64,000 nucleotides of DNA from Coniocarpon cinnabarinum (GCA_051942205.1 JAVECO010000120.1:1-64000), one strand, 5' to 3'; counted from the first letter of the stretch, positions 25,443-39,337 are shown. Notes: generated by a model not told the origin, from the sequence alone. Translations and numbers: made by a program.

Positions 25443-28400
25443 GACGCTAAGCATCTTCTCGATCAGAGTACATCTTCTCATCCGTACTTCAAGCGATGCG
25501 CCATGGTTCAACGAAGCGAAATATTCAATATCATTTCAATTGCAATCCTGAATAGAACATTGCGTTGAATGCAGGGGATTGCTTTACAACAAACTTGGGT
25601 TGTCTCAGGCTCTCCCTTCTCTGTATTCTTCATCAAATGTTCAGCGTAACAAACTCATCATCTGGAAACGATACTCTGTATCATCGCCATTGATGCTCAC
25701 ATGTCGCGTAATAAAAACAAGCGACTCTTGCCGTAGCTGTCACTGAGATCAAGTATCGGCCTCTGAGGAAAGGTGGCAAGGAGGTTTGGATCCCCTGCCT
25801 TGCACCTTAAGTGGTGGCAGTTTTCTCAAAGCAACCTGTCGAGATAGCCCTCTACGCAGCAAATGTCTTGCGTTATTTAGCCCGATCTAGTCATGTGAGG
25901 ATCTTTTCCTCGTAATGTCAAGAACCTTTCGCGGTAAGCTTAGACGTCAATGACATACTGGACATAAATAGAACTAGACTGTGCAAGTGTAGTTACTCGT
26001 CGTTCCAACTTGCAACAAGAAGCGGGAACTCACTCCATTTCTTGACACGAGGGGTCGTTCGATGCAGTGTGCCAGCTTGTCGTTTGATACCTCACAATTC
26101 AACCCTTGCGATGTCATAATCGCACGACAAATGATGATGAAGTGCTTCATCTTAGTCATGGATGCTCCGCATTACCAAGCTATTTACCAAGATATTCGCA
26201 CATTACAAAATTCTCAACATTTGAATGCCTTGCAATATCATTGCCATTGGATAGTCCCCTCGCGGGATGTGATTTCTCACTAGAGCACCCCTCCGCTCAT
26301 CAATCTCATGCTCAAAGTCCACAAACAATAATAATTCAAGTCTTTTAACTTGAAGTGATTGGACCTTCGTCCTCGCAACATTATAGACTTCTAGTAATTA
26401 GAAATTAATGGCTCTTTTCGAGATGAAACAAAAGCAGCAACTGCAGATCTGCGCTTCCTTACTGTCACAAGTAGGCGTGTAAAGCTCATATTGGGATCGT
26501 CGGGGTCGGAAGGGGCGTCGTTCCCTCTATTGCAGAGTCACCCTGCACGCCCTTAATGCTAGCTTTGTTGTGATATCTTTTCAGCATATCAATGGTGCAA
26601 TTTCGATAGCGAAGCACTTCGTTTCGACGATGAAGCTCTTCATCACCACATTCAACACACCGCATCGTAAATCAACACACTTCTTTCTCAGGTGAGACAT
26701 AGTCTAATCGCGATCAGAACTACGCCGTCCCCTTCCATCAAAGAAGACTGTACATTTTCAATGCACACACTAATGCGTCAAATTTCGGACGAGGTCCGGA
26801 AATTAATTCAAGTAGCAAGATTTATCGTTAGATTTCTTCCTTGGAAGAGAATGGTGCGGATGAGAGAGTTTTCAGCCGTCGCCAGTAGTATAGTAAAAAT
26901 TGGCGATGAGCAATGAATATCAAGTCACGCGTTTTGGTGTGTCCTCCAGAATCATTGGACGCAGCCAAAGGAAAAGGAACGGCTTGGAAGGGGATCGATT
27001 CGAGTATCTGACATGATTGCGAGTCTAGCGCCTCAACATCAACCTGAACCCGGAACCAGCCTAGCTGAATGGTGAAGCGCTTCGCCCTCACATGGAAAAT
27101 CTCGCCATCCTTCACAAACAGTCAACGACTTCCACATCATCGCCGCCATCACCATCTCAATCATGAAGCCAGTGAAATGACGAATACCCCTTTTCGTCAA
27201 ATCTTGATGTAGCTCAAAGTCTCTGGTCGATGAGCATGCGACTTTCCCTCGCCAGAGCTTCGGCTAGAAATAATGTAGTGCATACAAGAGCCTTGTCTCA
27301 TGTATAGGATGTTCAGATTCTCGCTCGTAAGCATAGCTAACTAGGTTATTAGGTGTCAAAAACAAACCCTCGAAGCAAGTCCAGTGCTATTATACTCACG
27401 AAGGAATTGAAGGTGGTAGAAAGAGGGGTTGATTAGAATACTGTACGTATTTACTTGCCAGGGTGAGCGCTTTGCCTCCAAAGAAAGAGCGTACACGCAG
27501 GACAACGATGCCCTTTGCCACTGTCTTGGAGGATCGTTAGCTGCGTGTCGCATGACTTAAATTTAAACTTATCTCGACAAGAACTATGCCTTATTCGCTC
27601 TTTGAAGACGCGCCTCCTCAATGTTCTCTGCGTGAGCTCCTGCCAGCCGCCATAGAAGTCTATGCATGGCGAGAAACATTCGCTCAGGCATTTTTAGTGT
27701 TCACAATAGCACGTGACGACGATACTCTCAATTGTTTCGAGCAATTGTATCATATTTAAAGACCGAAGTAAGCAATGACAGTCGCTCAACACCCAAATTT
27801 CAGTCTGCAATCTGAGAACTATTCTATCGCTCTGCTCGGAGATATGACTGCTCGGGGGAATGATCGTTCTGGCTGAGTGCTGAAGCGCTTCACCATCACT
27901 CGATAAGCCGCATCACGCAGCAACAACATGGATCTAGTACGCCTCATCGATTCGGTATCAGATGCCATCAAAATCAAATCATCCCCTGCATGGCCTGGTT
28001 GAGCACGAATGCCACAATCAAAGTCCATATTGATTAAGAATGGAAGATCTCTTGCTAGACCTTTTATCCAGAAAGTCGTACAGACGGCGAAAAACTTTTT
28101 TGAACATGACGGCAGCTGAACTGTCGTTAAAGTGGTTGATGATTGCTTAAATTGACAATAGAACATCAGCGTGAGTGTGTTTCTATCAATTCGCCATGAG
28201 AGTAACGAATCTCATGGCTAAATTTTGCCACAGGGGCCTTTTCTGATATGCAAGTCAATTGATTGAACGATTTTCTCAATGTTCATCAATTCAAGTGATT
28301 ACAGAGACGCAAGGAGAAGTTTAGTCCACCTCATTTTGGCAGATGGTTAAAAGCGGTCTTGCCACTCGCTAGGCCCCTCATTGCCCGCATTGTGCATAGC

Positions 28401-30063
28401 TACATTATTTCGAGGAGTTCGTAGACTGACAAGTACACATGTGCTTGATGTATTTTAAATCTTACAACAGTCGGTCCTGATATAATTCTAACCTATTCCT
28501 AGTAGTATTAATACGTTTCTCGATCGGAAACTAAAGGTAGCAGTTACTCAAGCATAGATTTTACTATTCGCGATACGTCCAATTCTATTTGAGGGGGTTA
28601 CTGCTTTGAAAAGGGGTGCCTTTGCTTGAATAAGTTGGGGAGTAACGATGTTGCTAAGCATTACTATGTCAAGCATTGTTTCCAAAGGCAAAGACTCAAC
28701 GAGCGGCTTAATCCCCCTTTAATTCGTAGATCATTTGAAGCGTTCTAGCTATTTGCAAAGTCCCCTCATCCCCAGCATTGTGCATCCCTCTTCTGTTCCG
28801 GGGAGCCCGTGAAATAACAGAGACACACGTGTTCGAGGTCTCTTATATCTATCCTAACAGACTAGTCGAAACACCGCTCGTACCTTTTTCAGATGTTCAT
28901 AAGTCAGAAAGTAGAGGCGACAGTCACTCAAACACAGAGTTCGTAATCTGAAACAGATTCGGTTGCGTAAACTGCAAGGGGCTTCTCCAACTCGAAAGAA
29001 TCTACCAAAGTGAGCGCTTTCGCTTCTAAAAAACAATGAATGATGTTGCTATTCATCATTCTACACGACGGCAAAGTCTCAACACGAGCCACGAGTACAA
29101 AAAGCTTCGCGACTAAGTCGCAACGTTCTTAACTGATTCAATAACACCCCTGGTTGGCATCAGATCTTTGCAGTTTTCATAAAACTTTATAGACTTGAGA
29201 TACCCCTACTGTATACCTTTATACTTTTGTATCCTTCACAACTGTGAGTTAAAGACAATACTAATCTCTTTCAAATGATTCTGTGATCTTGCGAGTAAAG
29301 ATCGAAAGTGACAATTATTTATTAAAGAGTTACTAGCAAATCAGCGAAACCTACAAAGGGGATCGCTATTGAATATTTGCGCGGAAGAAAGCGCTTTGGC
29401 TTTTGGATGATGGTGAGTAATAATGCTATTCACCATTCTAAGCAATTGGTAAGACTGAACACGCCATTTTAAGTCAAAGATCTCTTTGAAGACTTACTTG
29501 TATCATTATCAGCTAATTAGCAGCGCCCCCACATTCACCGGAGGTGCGGACAGCATTTTTGTTCATAGAACCTCCTTGTTTGTTCAAACGTCTTCACTCC
29601 AGTTTTACGAATGTCACATTGTCAAGTGCCGATGATGCTCTTGCCTCCTCAAAGCAGCAATGGAATATTTAAAAGTCGAAGGCAGCATTGAAAGTGTCAA
29701 AAACATAAAGACTTTGACCTACGAAGTGGAGAGACCAAACACTTCCAGGGGGTTGAACCTACTTCTGCGCTTTTTTTTAGCCATCCAAGTTTAATAAACG
29801 CGAAAATGATGAAATGACGAAAAGGGCAATGACGATCATCACCATCATGTGAATGACGACGACAGTGACGGTCAATTGTACATGTTCCAGCAGTCCTTAC
29901 GGTCTGATGAGTTCCAACCATTCGTCACGAGTGAAGCCACGTGACTCTCCTATCATGGAAGTTACATCTCTTCACATCACTCTTCGTTTACTTCCAACTC
30001 CCATATCGCGCACCGGACTTCGAATGCTTGCGTGTGCGTGACACTCATGAACCAAGTCAAAGC

Positions 30064-30774
30064 TCATGCCTCACCCTCAGCACGACGGCCCGTGTAAAAC
30101 GCAAATCCCCCAGCGTCAGTCTCGAAACGAATAGTCACGCCTTTAGGGAAATAGAAGACATCCCCAGGCTTGGCTTTGACTTGTTTGACTTTGGACGTGT
30201 CTAGAGTCTTGGCGGAGCGGTCGGATTCGGAGAGAGTTGTGACGTCGCTTCATTCGTTAGCTGTTTCTCCGGATGTTGCGTGATAGGAGAGATAAAAGGA
30301 GGCGTGATGTTGCTAGTAGCCGAGAAGAATGTACTTGTGGGCATGACGAGAGTGGAGAGAGAGAACGGAGAAGGGAAATGAACTCACGTGATGGTGTAGT
30401 CGCCTTCGAGGATGATCTTCATCTCATGATAGGTATAGGTGTACACGAGTGGTGTACCAGGCTGAAGTCTGAAGAAGCCAGCGGTAACTATACCAGTCAG
30501 TCATTACCCTGAAGGACTTTGCCTACTCCTTCGAAAGCCATATTCCCACATCACACCCAACGCAACATGAACATGAGACCAAGAGGGAAGACTTACTCGG
30601 CGAATCAGGATCTCTGGCTTTACTCGTAGCCACATCACCGAGGAACGCATTCTCGTTTGCAATAAGGGGAGGAGTGTAAGTTTGTTGCATCTGAGGCAGA
30701 TACGTCATGGATGGAACATCCTTGGCGGTGGCACTATTAGTGGTTTCAGAGAGGGTTGTGGCTGTAGTCGCCAT
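30064..30774 (-). CDS. EutQ-like cupin protein (exons 30774-30597, 30487-30388, 30247-30064; alternative start 30708)
   Basis: Spliced product PPLIANENAFLGDV...ITAGFFRLQPGTPLVYTYTYHEMKIILEGD...AKPGDVFYFPKG..I.F...G.AFYTGRR matches the fungal EutQ/cupin pattern. Confidence 0.85.
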
Positions 30775-31088
30775 GATGATGAGCTATGCTTAGTGCTTGA
30801 TGGCTTGCGAGACGGTGGTGGGGACTTGAGAAGAATGAAGGAGATGTAAACTAGAAGCTAGCTTGTGTGCAGAGAGATGGCAAGAGGAGAGGTAACGAGG
30901 TTCAGTGAGGGATGACGACGTTGCGATAAGACGTGCCGGCCTATCAAGATGGCGGTGTGTATCTGATCAGGTCGGTGAGTGCTGCTTAGGAGATCTTTTT
31001 GAGAGCGTAGATAGCGAGGGCTGCCTGACGCAGGGGTTCAGTTGTCCAGTTCGGTGCGTATGCATTGATATGCCGCGACCAGTGGCCC

Positions 31089-31129
31089 GGTATGGAGCTG
31101 GCATGGAGCTGGCATGGAGCTGGCATGGA
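31089..31129 (+). repeat. 11-bp tandem repeat (GGCATGGAGCT) x~3.7
   Basis: ggtatggagct ggcatggagct ggcatggagct ggcatgga. Confidence 0.8.
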
Positions 31130-31368
31130 ATTTCAATACCAAATAGGCAATGTATTCCCGGCTGGTGAGCTTGCAGCTGTGGATGGGTACCTGCATTAGC
31201 GTCAATTTCCCACTAACCGTTATCAACATACTTCAACTGTCATCTTGATATTGGCGCTGCATCGGGATAAAGCTTGTTCGCGTGAGGCCGAATCGTCGGA
31301 GCATGCTCGTTTCATTACCTAACTCAGATCATGATATCGCAGGAGGACGAGAGCTCTTAAGCACCGGC

Positions 31369-34156
31369 TCAGCCCAGCAACACTTCCCATCCCCAGTCTT
31401 TCATCACTCGCGCCCAGTGCAGCCTCCCGCGAATGGTCAACTCTTGATCCATATCGATGGCTGGTGCCGTTGGCTCCGTCAGGCCTGCGTTGGTGGGCGA
31501 GCCGAAGCTGAAGCAGCCCATGTCCTCTACAGATCCAACGCCTCCTAGGCTTGTTCCGAAGAGGTCGTCAAATGAGAAATCCTCGTCAGCCCCGAGGTCG
31601 TCCATGAGTCCGTCTCCATTGACTTGAGGAGGGATGAGAGTCTCGTCGAGATCACCGCCTCTTTCCTCCATTTTGTCTCTTCGAGCCCACACTTCCTCCA
31701 CGACCTCTCTCGCCTTCTCCACGTTTCCAATTCCCATGCGACCTTCCATGCTTCGCCATCTGTTCCGCACCCATTCCCTATCCTCGGTGCGTTGAGCTTC
31801 GCAGCCGCCCACGAGCAAGGGATATATGTGCACGATAATTGTTCCTGAGGTGGGTGGGATCCGCGCTATGAAATTGAGGATGCGGAGACCGGTCTCGGAG
31901 GAGTACTTAGAGAGTGTGTCAGACATCATGAGCTCAGGGATTGATTGGTGCAGATGTAGCAAAGTGGCGTGACGGTACGCTTCAGCTGTTAGAGCTGCAT
32001 GCGCATGTAGCACGGAGCCAGAGGAGGAATGCTGCGAAGGGACCCAGTGGGTTAGACGCGAGGCCAGTGTTTGACCCTCGGTGATGTGGCTACAGGGAAA
32101 GTCAGCGAGCGTGATCGGGTTCCCTTCTCACTGGAACAAATTTGCCGTCGGCAATTTTTTTTGGACAATGCTCTCAAGTAAAGAAAATAGGTACATACCT
32201 CAGCCCAGTACTTGATTGACGGTAGACACGACGTACAAGGTTGGCCACCTGACCCACAATCGGAAAGAGTGTGCTGGCGCTGCCCATGAGTGGGTCGAGT
32301 GGAACCGTAATGTCATTTTCAGAGCCGGAATGGGAAGCGCTATTTTCGTTGATGAAGCCGGTATTTTCGTTCTGACCTTCATCGTTGTCCGAATGCCTGC
32401 CTCTGCCGATGCCAAAGATCTTTCCGGCAATAGCATCAAAGGCGTCGTTCCCAGTGTCTTCGTCCGTGCTCGTCAGACGAGCAATCACATCTACATACAG
32501 GTACGTCTTGCAGAGGAAACGCAACTGCCGTTTCTGCATTCGTGTTTGCGCGCCCTGGTGCAAGGCTTGCATCAGACACTGCTTCGCAATCTTGATGTGC
32601 TCCGAGCCTGACTTGATGTTTCGCTTCCAACAGGTCCAAGACTCAGAGAAAGCGAGTGCTATGCAAGTCGCTAATGTGACCTCAATGGGCGCACTGCGCC
32701 ATTGTTGTTGATCGTAGAGAATATGTCGACTCTTGCGCATTTGCTCGATACCCTCTAAGCGCAATGACGGTCGATGCTGGTAATTGTGAAAGCAGGCCAT
32801 GGACATGAGAGCGTGGTACAGCATGGGAGTCTCCTCGTTGCGGACAAGAGGCCAGATCAGGCTCTGCCAAGGGTTGTTGATGGTGTAGGAAGAAGCTGCC
32901 ATTGAGGAGAAGATGGTCATGACAGACGACGTAGTGTTGAAGAATCGATGAACGAGATTTTCTGAGCTTGTCGAGCCCAGATTGACCTGTTTTGGAAGTT
33001 TTGATGTTCCCGAGCCAATTTTTGTTGCTCGAAGTGAGGCTTCAGCTTGATAGCCTTTCGTGCTTGTCATTGGCGAGGGTGGAGTACATAGCTGCGAATC
33101 TGAAAGACCACTATTGGTTTCTGAATGGCTTCCATAATTGGCTTCTTTCTGATTAGGAAACCGATCTCGAGGAGGCCATTGAGTGGAATCATTCGTTGAA
33201 AAGTGGTTGAAGCCGAGACATACATCGGCATTATCACTGTTGGCCAACATGGGCTCAATTCCTGCATTCGTGCTCTGAGGTTGAAGTGGGTCAGAAAGAT
33301 TGTGTGACAAGCAAACTCCTGAGTCACTGGCGCTGAGTGTCTGATCGGAGCAACGCGATTGATTCCTGCCCAGGTTCGTCTGCTGGTCCTGGAAAGCCAC
33401 TGTGAATGTGCCGGTCCCTCGCTCTTCCAGGTTGCCATCGTTCGTGCTCAGATTGAGCTCTGGCTCTGCGACGAAGCACGTATCGATGCAGTCGCCATCC
33501 TGATTATTGCATGCTTCCAGGGCTTGCTGTAGGATCGATGCCGAAGTCTCAATCGCACCATTATCTGTACATTTTGTTGTTTTCAGTTGAGCTGGATCAA
33601 GTCAGCGACGCATCGGCAATGCAACGTGCAGGAACACGCACTTTTGTTAGTACCCTCTACCTTGGCCAGCTTGCGACCAATGTTCTGCTCCGGAAAATCC
33701 CTCCACTTGAATTCCTTCTTGTAGCCCTCGCACTCTACCCGCCTTCGAGCACCTGAAGTCGTGTTGATTAGCATGAAACTGCCAGGGGTATTCATTTGGA
33801 GAGGGATGACACACAATTTTGGCACGTCGGCTTGGTCTCATCGCATTTCAGGCGTTTTGCTTTGCAGGTTTGACAACCTACTCATGTTAGGTGGATGATC
33901 AGAAGTCGAATGTCACTCGCGTCTCCTCAGGAACGCTGACGTCGCACGAAGCTATCGACCGAGGCGGAAAATTCTTCTCACCGTTGCGGCTTTTCGTTTG
34001 ATTTGTCTTGGGTACGCGGGGTCTGGGGGCTTTCTTTGGCTGGGCAGATTCTTGTGTCGTAGGATCCACCGCATAAGGTGGCTTGCGCTTGCGGAAGGCT
34101 TGAGTTGGTGACAGAGGAGGCGTGCCGACAGGCGTCAGATAGACCGTATCGGCCAT
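31369..34156 (-). CDS. Zn(II)2Cys6 transcription factor with Fungal_trans_2-type C-terminal domain (Acr-2-like), 4 introns
   Basis: Spliced cluster TKSRNG|CQTCKAKRLKCDETKPTCQN|CARRRVECEGYKKEFKW, NPWQSLIWP, LYHALMSM, YVDVIARLT, LDPLMG, AEAYRHATLLHL, LHWARVMKDWGWEVLLG. Confidence 0.9.
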
Positions 34157-34861
34157 CACTTAAACTTGCGCCACCAAGGGAAGAGGTAGACCTCTTCTAA
34201 ACGGATAGCATTTAGCAGAAACATAGCTGATTACGAGAATGAGAGCATGCGGGCAAGGGGGAGACGGTGCGCCGAGCTCGAGTCTGATAAAGCAGAAGAA
34301 TGATTGGGAACAACAAACGGATGATAAAGGCGAAGAGGTGATGTGTAGACGGGTGTTTTTATGTTGGGGCAGTGGAAGTATCTAGTGGCGCAACGTGGGG
34401 CTGGAGCTTATCAGAAAGGCGAGCAGGGTCCGGTGCAGAGTCGGTGTTGGGAGGGCGGAGAGGGGCAAGTACGATCTCACCACCTACAAAGATCCCCGTC
34501 TTCCCTGCTACAATCGAGCACGCGACACTGCACTACTGCCGCAACGCAGCATTGGCGTGCGTGGCTCGGCTGTGACTGTCCACGGCCTTGATGGACGGCT
34601 AAATGCGCTTAATGTTGTGTTGCATCCTCGTATCACGTGCTCTGGCGTGGTGGGTACATGAATGAATATCATTAACGTACTAGCCGAGCATTACTAGGTA
34701 TGTGACTGGTGCTCAAATATGCTCTACTCTGGTGTCGTGGCGCGTGATCAGTGAGTATAGATATGTTGTGATAGCTTCTGTCGTTTCGGAGCCGTCGCCC
34801 AGCGGAGAGATCCCGCTCTCCAGACGTCCAGGTATCCAATGCCAAGGCTCGCACGGAGGCA

Positions 34862-36014
34862 TCATAACTTGATGGCGTACTCAAGATTCACCTTCTCGTC
34901 AATGTAGAAAGCCTCCACATCACGGCTAATGGTGCTCTCGCATTCCGGTAGATAGGAGGTGGGCTTGACCGCGCAGAAGAATACCAAGGCCGTCAACATC
35001 GGAAGCACATCGAAAATCCAGAATCCCAGTCCGCCGTCTCCAAGCGACGACCGTGATGCTGCGATTTCGCGGCATTCGTAGGTCTTGTAGCAGGCCCGAA
35101 GAAGGATTGCTGTATTGGCAATGCTTATCGTGTGAAGCAGCTCTCGCCAGTTCTTGTTGCGAGTGCTCATGCTGTTCATTGACCAGCCCTTGCTCTTGTG
35201 GGCAAACACGCCTGAAATGGCGGCGAACATCAGACCCAAGACTGCCTGGCTTGCATGAGCCCTCTCGAGCTGGCCCAGCCCAACCTCATAGCTGAGTAGT
35301 CTTTTGAAGGCTTCGCTACGATCTTCGATCGGAAGGGGACTGAGGAATCTGCCCAGGTTGGTGATTGCGCATGCGTACATCGTCAGTGGGACCAGACATG
35401 GAAGCAGGACAAAGATGGCGCAACGCCGCGTCAAGTAGACCCATCGAGCGCCACTCTGCTTGATATGGTCAGGCATGATGGCATCACTAAGTCGGCCGAA
35501 CGTGGTGAAGAGCGCAACAGAGAGGAAGAGAGGGGCGAGACTGGGGAAGGCTCGTTAGTCTGCAAGTTCGTGCATGGTCTTGTCAGCTGGACATACGTGA
35601 TTGTGGCAAAGCTGGCGAGGAAGGCGAGGTGGTTGGTGCCGTCATAGCTGTGAACCGCCGAAGCTATGAAGCCAGCGCATTGCACTACAGTAATAATTAG
35701 TACGTGGTGAGTTAGGGCTCCTTAGAGAGTCAACATACGCATGGAGGCACTGATAAGAGCCCATAAGAACCATGCTCGGTTCTGCAAGAATTGGACCGTG
35801 ACGATAGCCATGATGGACGCGAAACTCACGGCACCTAGAAGAGAGGGTGTGAGGGCTGCTGGCACCCCAGAGAAAGCTGTTCGACGGTTGCGTATTAGAG
35901 CGACTTCGACAAGCTCTCAACAGATTGGAGCCCTGGCTTACCTGAGGAATGCTCGAGCTTGAAAGACGAAGTAAAGTTCTGAACTGCAATAGCTAGACTC
36001 TTGATGCAAGGCAT
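34862..36014 (-). CDS. RTA1-like multi-TM membrane protein (3 introns; start uncertain)
   Basis: Spliced sequence PSLLGAVSF...QFLQNRAWFLW...QCAGFIA...LAPLFLSVALFTTFGRL...LLRACYKTYE...FWIFDVLPML...KPTSYLP follows the RTA1 pattern but is divergent. Confidence 0.7.
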
Positions 36015-37162
36015 TATGTAAATCTGTAGTTGTCCAGCAGACAGACTGCACCGGCTTGGGCAGATCTGCTGATGTCTGAAAAAGAGCGACCAGCGATGAT
36101 GACGATTGGAAGCGGGGCCTGAGCAGGCAAAAGAGGGACAAGACAATGCTGTTTGTACAGGGTGGAAAGGAGGGGCCGCGCGGCGGTTAAAACAGGCACA
36201 CGTGAAAAAGGCGTGACATCAACAGGTGAAGGAGTGACGAAGACGCATTTGTAGACAAGACGAAAAGCAAAGAACAGAGCAGGCGATTTGGTTGAGAGGG
36301 ACGGAGGCGCGTGAGAGAGACACGGGAGGAAGAAGGATCAGAGGTGAGACGACGGGTGTCGAAGCGCGGTTGTGACTATTCTCGATATTGGTCCACAAGC
36401 TCTGGCACCGAGGAACGCACTTGCCCCGAAGCGTGCAGGTGTTCGAGCGCTTGGCCCAATTTAGAATAGCCCGCCAGTCTCGGGGAAGAAGCTCGTGCCA
36501 CCATCGCCAAGGGTCTCGGCAGCGACAGCCCTACCCGTTTCTCAACGTGCCATCGCTCAAACTCTTCGCGTGGGGTCGTTATGATCAGCCCCAGCGTTAT
36601 GCCGTCTCATCTTGACACTTGACTCCTTCTTGCTTGGTCTAAGTGTTGACATGGCACGTTTTTGACAGCCCACGAATCTTGGGGAAATTGCGCTGATCTC
36701 CACGGCGTATACCTGTGTGCTGTGCGTGGAGTGAGTTTTCCCAGCGTAATCTGGCTGCACTGATGGCCCTTGGAATGCCATTCATGCATCGAGAGGGCGA
36801 TCATCCCAGCGCGCCCCGAAGTTCTACTCGTTCGGGACCCTCGAGTCATTGCTTGTATTAAGTGAAGGAGCTGTTTTCTTTCTGACAGAAGCCGTGGCGT
36901 GGAGCAGATCTCAACCCACGGATACGTGCACCTTTGCCACGGTAGGCTTGTGCTAGCTCACAAACCCACTTGAAGCGCACAGGTCCTTTCCATGCCAGCG
37001 CTGTTGCATGGCAGTCCTTCGGTTAATCTCCATGGATACCCGGCTTAATGGCCACACTCACCAGATGGCATGTGGCATTTCGATTGTGTTGATCTGAAGT
37101 ACCATCCACATGTTTGGCGTCGAGCTACACACGCGGCGTCCACGCCTGCAAACCAGACTCGT

Positions 37163-38829
37163 TCATTTCTTCAAGGCCTTGTCTGGATCGTCTTGATACG
37201 CCTTGACCCACTTGCACCACTCCCGAGCACCCTTGTGCATAACAGACCTAATGTCCTCTTTAACTTCCTGAAGCTCCCACTGCTCGTCCTCCCAGTTCTT
37301 CGTCTCTCCACCTGTCTGGCTTGGCTCCCACCCAATGGCCGCGACCACTTCACTTTCTGTAGGGGCTGGCCCCGCCGAATCAAACAGATGCCGGTCTTTC
37401 TGCCGGCACTCAGACGCCAGATACTTGCGCATCACTTCAATGCGAGACAAGGGCACGAAACGCAGTCGCAGCTGGTGGTCGTCTTGGCTGCTGTTCTGGC
37501 TTTGTCCTGGCATCTTGCTCATGACCTTGCCCATCATTTTCTGTACACTGCCAGGCGCAGAACCGCCTTCACCGGGCGAAGACGAGTTGACGCGCTTCGT
37601 CACTGATCGTGCTGTCTTAGCGCCCCTGATGCTCGCCACACTCCAGACAGTATCGATCTCGAACAAGCCACCGAACGGCCAAATGACGGTAAGCAGTAGA
37701 TCCACTGCCAGACTGACAGGTATGAGGCCAGTTGCGATGATCGCATCTTTCTGAGCTTTGCTCTGCGTGCGCAGCATTGTATTGATGAATTGCTCCCGAA
37801 TCTGATCCTCGCTGTCCTGGATAGTGTCTGGATGGAAGAGCAACAATTCTTCCAGGCCAACAGTCTTTTTGACAGTCTCGCCTTCTTGGACGCCATCATC
37901 CGAATGCTTGTCAACAGGCTCTTCAGACTTGCCAGGAATGCGGTTGAGGAATTCAAGCGATGAAGATTTCGTTTGACCCATTGCCCAGTTGATACCCTTG
38001 GTGGCGCGTCCTTTCGCTCCCTTCCAACTCGTCACTTTGGCTTGATTGGTCTTGGCTTCTCGAACCTCGTCCTGCCATTTGCGCTGCAGTTTGTGGACCT
38101 TCCCTTCCTTTTCTCCTTCAGGTGGAGCGCCTATTGGCGGTGGTGGAGGTCTGCCGATCAGTGTCAGAACGCAACGTGTGATGGAGCTGACAAAGCATTG
38201 AGCAAAGAGCACTCACGTATAAATGAGGAAGCGTGCAGGTACCTATCTTGATGGTGAGTCAAAAGGTAACGACCTCTAACAGACGAATGAAATACCTTCT
38301 CAGAAGCCGCAGCATCTTTCAGCTTTGGGTGTGGGAAAGGCACGAGGTATGCTGTCAAGCGCTTGGGGTCTCTAGTGTACTGCAAGCTTTTTGGGTCCTC
38401 TTCAGGCAGTTCAGTGGTAAGAGGTGGCTGCGCAGTCTGTTGCTGTTCCAGAGGCGGCTGAAAGCCTTGGTCCTGAGTGGACACACCCGGCTGTGTCGCT
38501 GCCGAAGGGTCGTAGCTCGAAGGTTTCTCAGGTGGGTACCCGGTTTGACCTTGCTGCTCGACATATCCCGGAGGTGCGCCAGATGGAGTAGACTGCTCAT
38601 AAGGAGGTATCTGCGCCTGACCTTGTTCAGACACGGGCACTTGCTGCGGAGGGGGATAAGCTGTGTTTGGCGCCTGCTGTGCAGCGCTCGACGATGGATA
38701 TGCAGCTGAAGTGGTAGGTTCGCCTCGTTGCTCGCCCGGCGGCTTGTCGGAGAGGGAATACGCTGCTTGCTCTCCGCTGCCGGGCTCGTACATGGCGGCA
38801 GGCTGCTGGGAGCCTGGATTCGAACTCAT
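37163..38829 (-). CDS. Conserved-looking fungal hypothetical protein with P/Q-rich N-terminus and a central hydrophobic hairpin (exons 38829-38296, 38242-38217, 38150-37163)
   Basis: Two long ORFs joined via a 26-nt exon: YTRDPKRLTAYLVPFP...VPARFLIYTPPPPP...KLQRKWQDEVREAK...WPFGGLFEID...KGAREW.KW. Confidence 0.8.
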
Positions 38830-39337
38830 GTTGCGCGGTGTTTGCGAATAGAAGTTCTAGGAGAGAAACCTTCAACAAAGTGCACGGCTGGCATAGACAA
38901 CAGGTTCCGGCCGCCGCCGGCCATCAGTGCCGCATGGCAGCAGAATGACGTAGCCCTGTAGGCTGTTTCAGGTTCAAGCCCCCGCAGTTATTTGAGATCA
39001 GACTTGCCAACCCAGAAACCAGGTAGTGATGAGCCTATAAGAGGCGCCAAGAAAACACCTTAAAGTAGTTGAAATAGATCAGGCCTCGCGGAGCCAGAGT
39101 TTGTAGGAGCAGACGTAGCTACGGATCTTGCTGTTACAAAGCTTCCCCCGGATCAAGTTCGCTTCATCATTGAGACGTCGTAACCGGACTCGTCGAATGA
39201 CGATCTTGGTTCATGCAAGGGACCATTACTAGCTCCGCTCTTGCTCTTCCGCCGTGTATTACGTGATCCAGCAAACTTGCCTAGGCAGATGCTGCCATCG
39301 TGACATCCTGTCCCCCAGCTCAATTGACAGGCATACC

